Assembly (NCBI RefSeq): GCF_004010195.1
Contig: NC_057718.1
Location: 85,676,664-85,696,899, forward strand
Direction of reading: 5' to 3'
DNA from: Chiloscyllium plagiosum
Lineage: Eukaryota
DNA length: 20,236 bases
Each line of letters starts with the position of its first letter. Positions within the stretch are counted from its first letter, which is position 1. The translations under genes and the position numbers were made by a program. The notes beneath the pieces were generated by a model. The model had not been told where the DNA came from and did no database searches. It saw only the letters and a program-made list of their open reading frames with translations. Shown piece by piece: positions 19,335 through 20,236 of the stretch.

Positions 19335-19750
19335 TCAGGAAACCATGCATCCACAATTAAATTCCAAAAGCATGTTAATATTGCTGTAATTGAACAATTA
19401 ACACATTTCAGTTGATAACAATCCTGCCCTCTCCTTGTTTGTTTGCAGTCTCACATGCAACAGTTAGATATGGAAGGTAATGCATTTGAGCCAGATTCGT
19501 AACGCACTGTCAATTTGTGTTTTTTAAGCTGCTGGCTGCTTCTGCAAGTGAAAAATGTCCTCATGTCTGTACGATAACCTCATGGATGTTTATGTTTCCT
19601 TCAGTATGGAGGTTGTCAAGAGCTTTTGTTAAGCAATTGACCTTCTTCAGAGCGGGTGGTCATATAATTACTGTCATTAATCAGTCAATGTTGGTTGGGA
19701 TTCTGCTGTTCCTCAATAATGATGACAAGGCTCAGTTTTGAACAGTGTTT
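19335..19750. promoter_or_regulatory. Candidate conserved non-coding element / enhancer
   Basis: Repeat-free; minus-strand TGATTAATGACAG at 19671-19683 (Pbx-Hox site overlapping a Meis site), second TGACAG at 19507-19512, several TAAT cores. Confidence 0.4.
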
Positions 19751-20007
19751 GTGGTTGATCTTTGCTAATATTCTAACATGAGATTTGAACACACTGTAGG
19801 CCCAAAGATTGTGAAACAGGGATTCTTTATTCCACTGACATTAGACCATTACAATTATAAATGAAAATTAAGGTTAAACAAGGAAAGCATTATAATCAAG
19901 CCTGAAGTTTACATTTGGTTAAGGAAGTCCTTTCTGTCTGATCTTTCTATCTGTGAAGTCTCCTTCCCAACATCCTACCTCCCAAAAGAAAGACACCCTT
20001 TCCTCCA

Positions 20008-20236
20008 GAGACCAGAACTGCACATAGTACTCCAGGTGTGGTCTCACCAGGGCCCTGTACAGCTGCAGAAGAACCTCTTTGCTTCTATACTCAATCCCTC
20101 TTGTTATGAAGGCCAGCATGCTATTAGCCTCCTTCACTACCTGCTGTACCTGCATGCTTACCTTCATTGACTGGTGTACAAGAACACCCAGATCTCTCTG
20201 TACTGCCCCTTTACCTAAATTGATTCCACTGAGGTA
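20008..20236 (-). mobile_element. CR1 LINE ORF2 internal fragment running off the window end
   Basis: RDLGVLVHQSMKVSMQVQQVVKEANSMLAFITRGIEYRSKEVLLQLYRALVRPHLEYYVQFWS, open frame; homology stops abruptly at ~20008. Confidence 0.92.

Overview
Eukaryotic, repeat-rich, apparently non-coding DNA (intron or intergenic) from a cartilaginous fish. The repeat families point to a shark, probably a carpet/bamboo shark; this is inferred from HE1-type SINEs, HER1/CR1 LINEs and the Penelope-type terminal sequence. No intact protein-coding gene is supported: the recognisable ORFs are broken CR1 or Tx1 retrotransposon ORF2 fragments or SINE/minisatellite artefacts. Contents: five HE1/V-SINE copies, four Deu-domain SINE copies, about ten CR1-type LINE pieces (including a nested pile-up at 12.2-14.8 kb), three Tx1-type LINE 3' ends, two related short solo LTRs with perfect 5-bp target-site duplications, a Penelope-type terminal fragment with half a hammerhead ribozyme between 44-bp direct repeats, and a 41-bp x ~30 minisatellite. 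The best observations are (1) the minisatellite lies inside a Deu-SINE and appears to derive from it, (2) a three-layer SINE<LTR<Tx1 nest proven by a TSD 1.6 kb apart, (3) several 44-139 bp near-perfect duplications at retroelement junctions, and (4) repeat-free, homeobox-motif-rich islands that may be conserved enhancers. I found no convincing new multi-gene biological system. Family names come from my recollection of consensus sequences, not from a database search.
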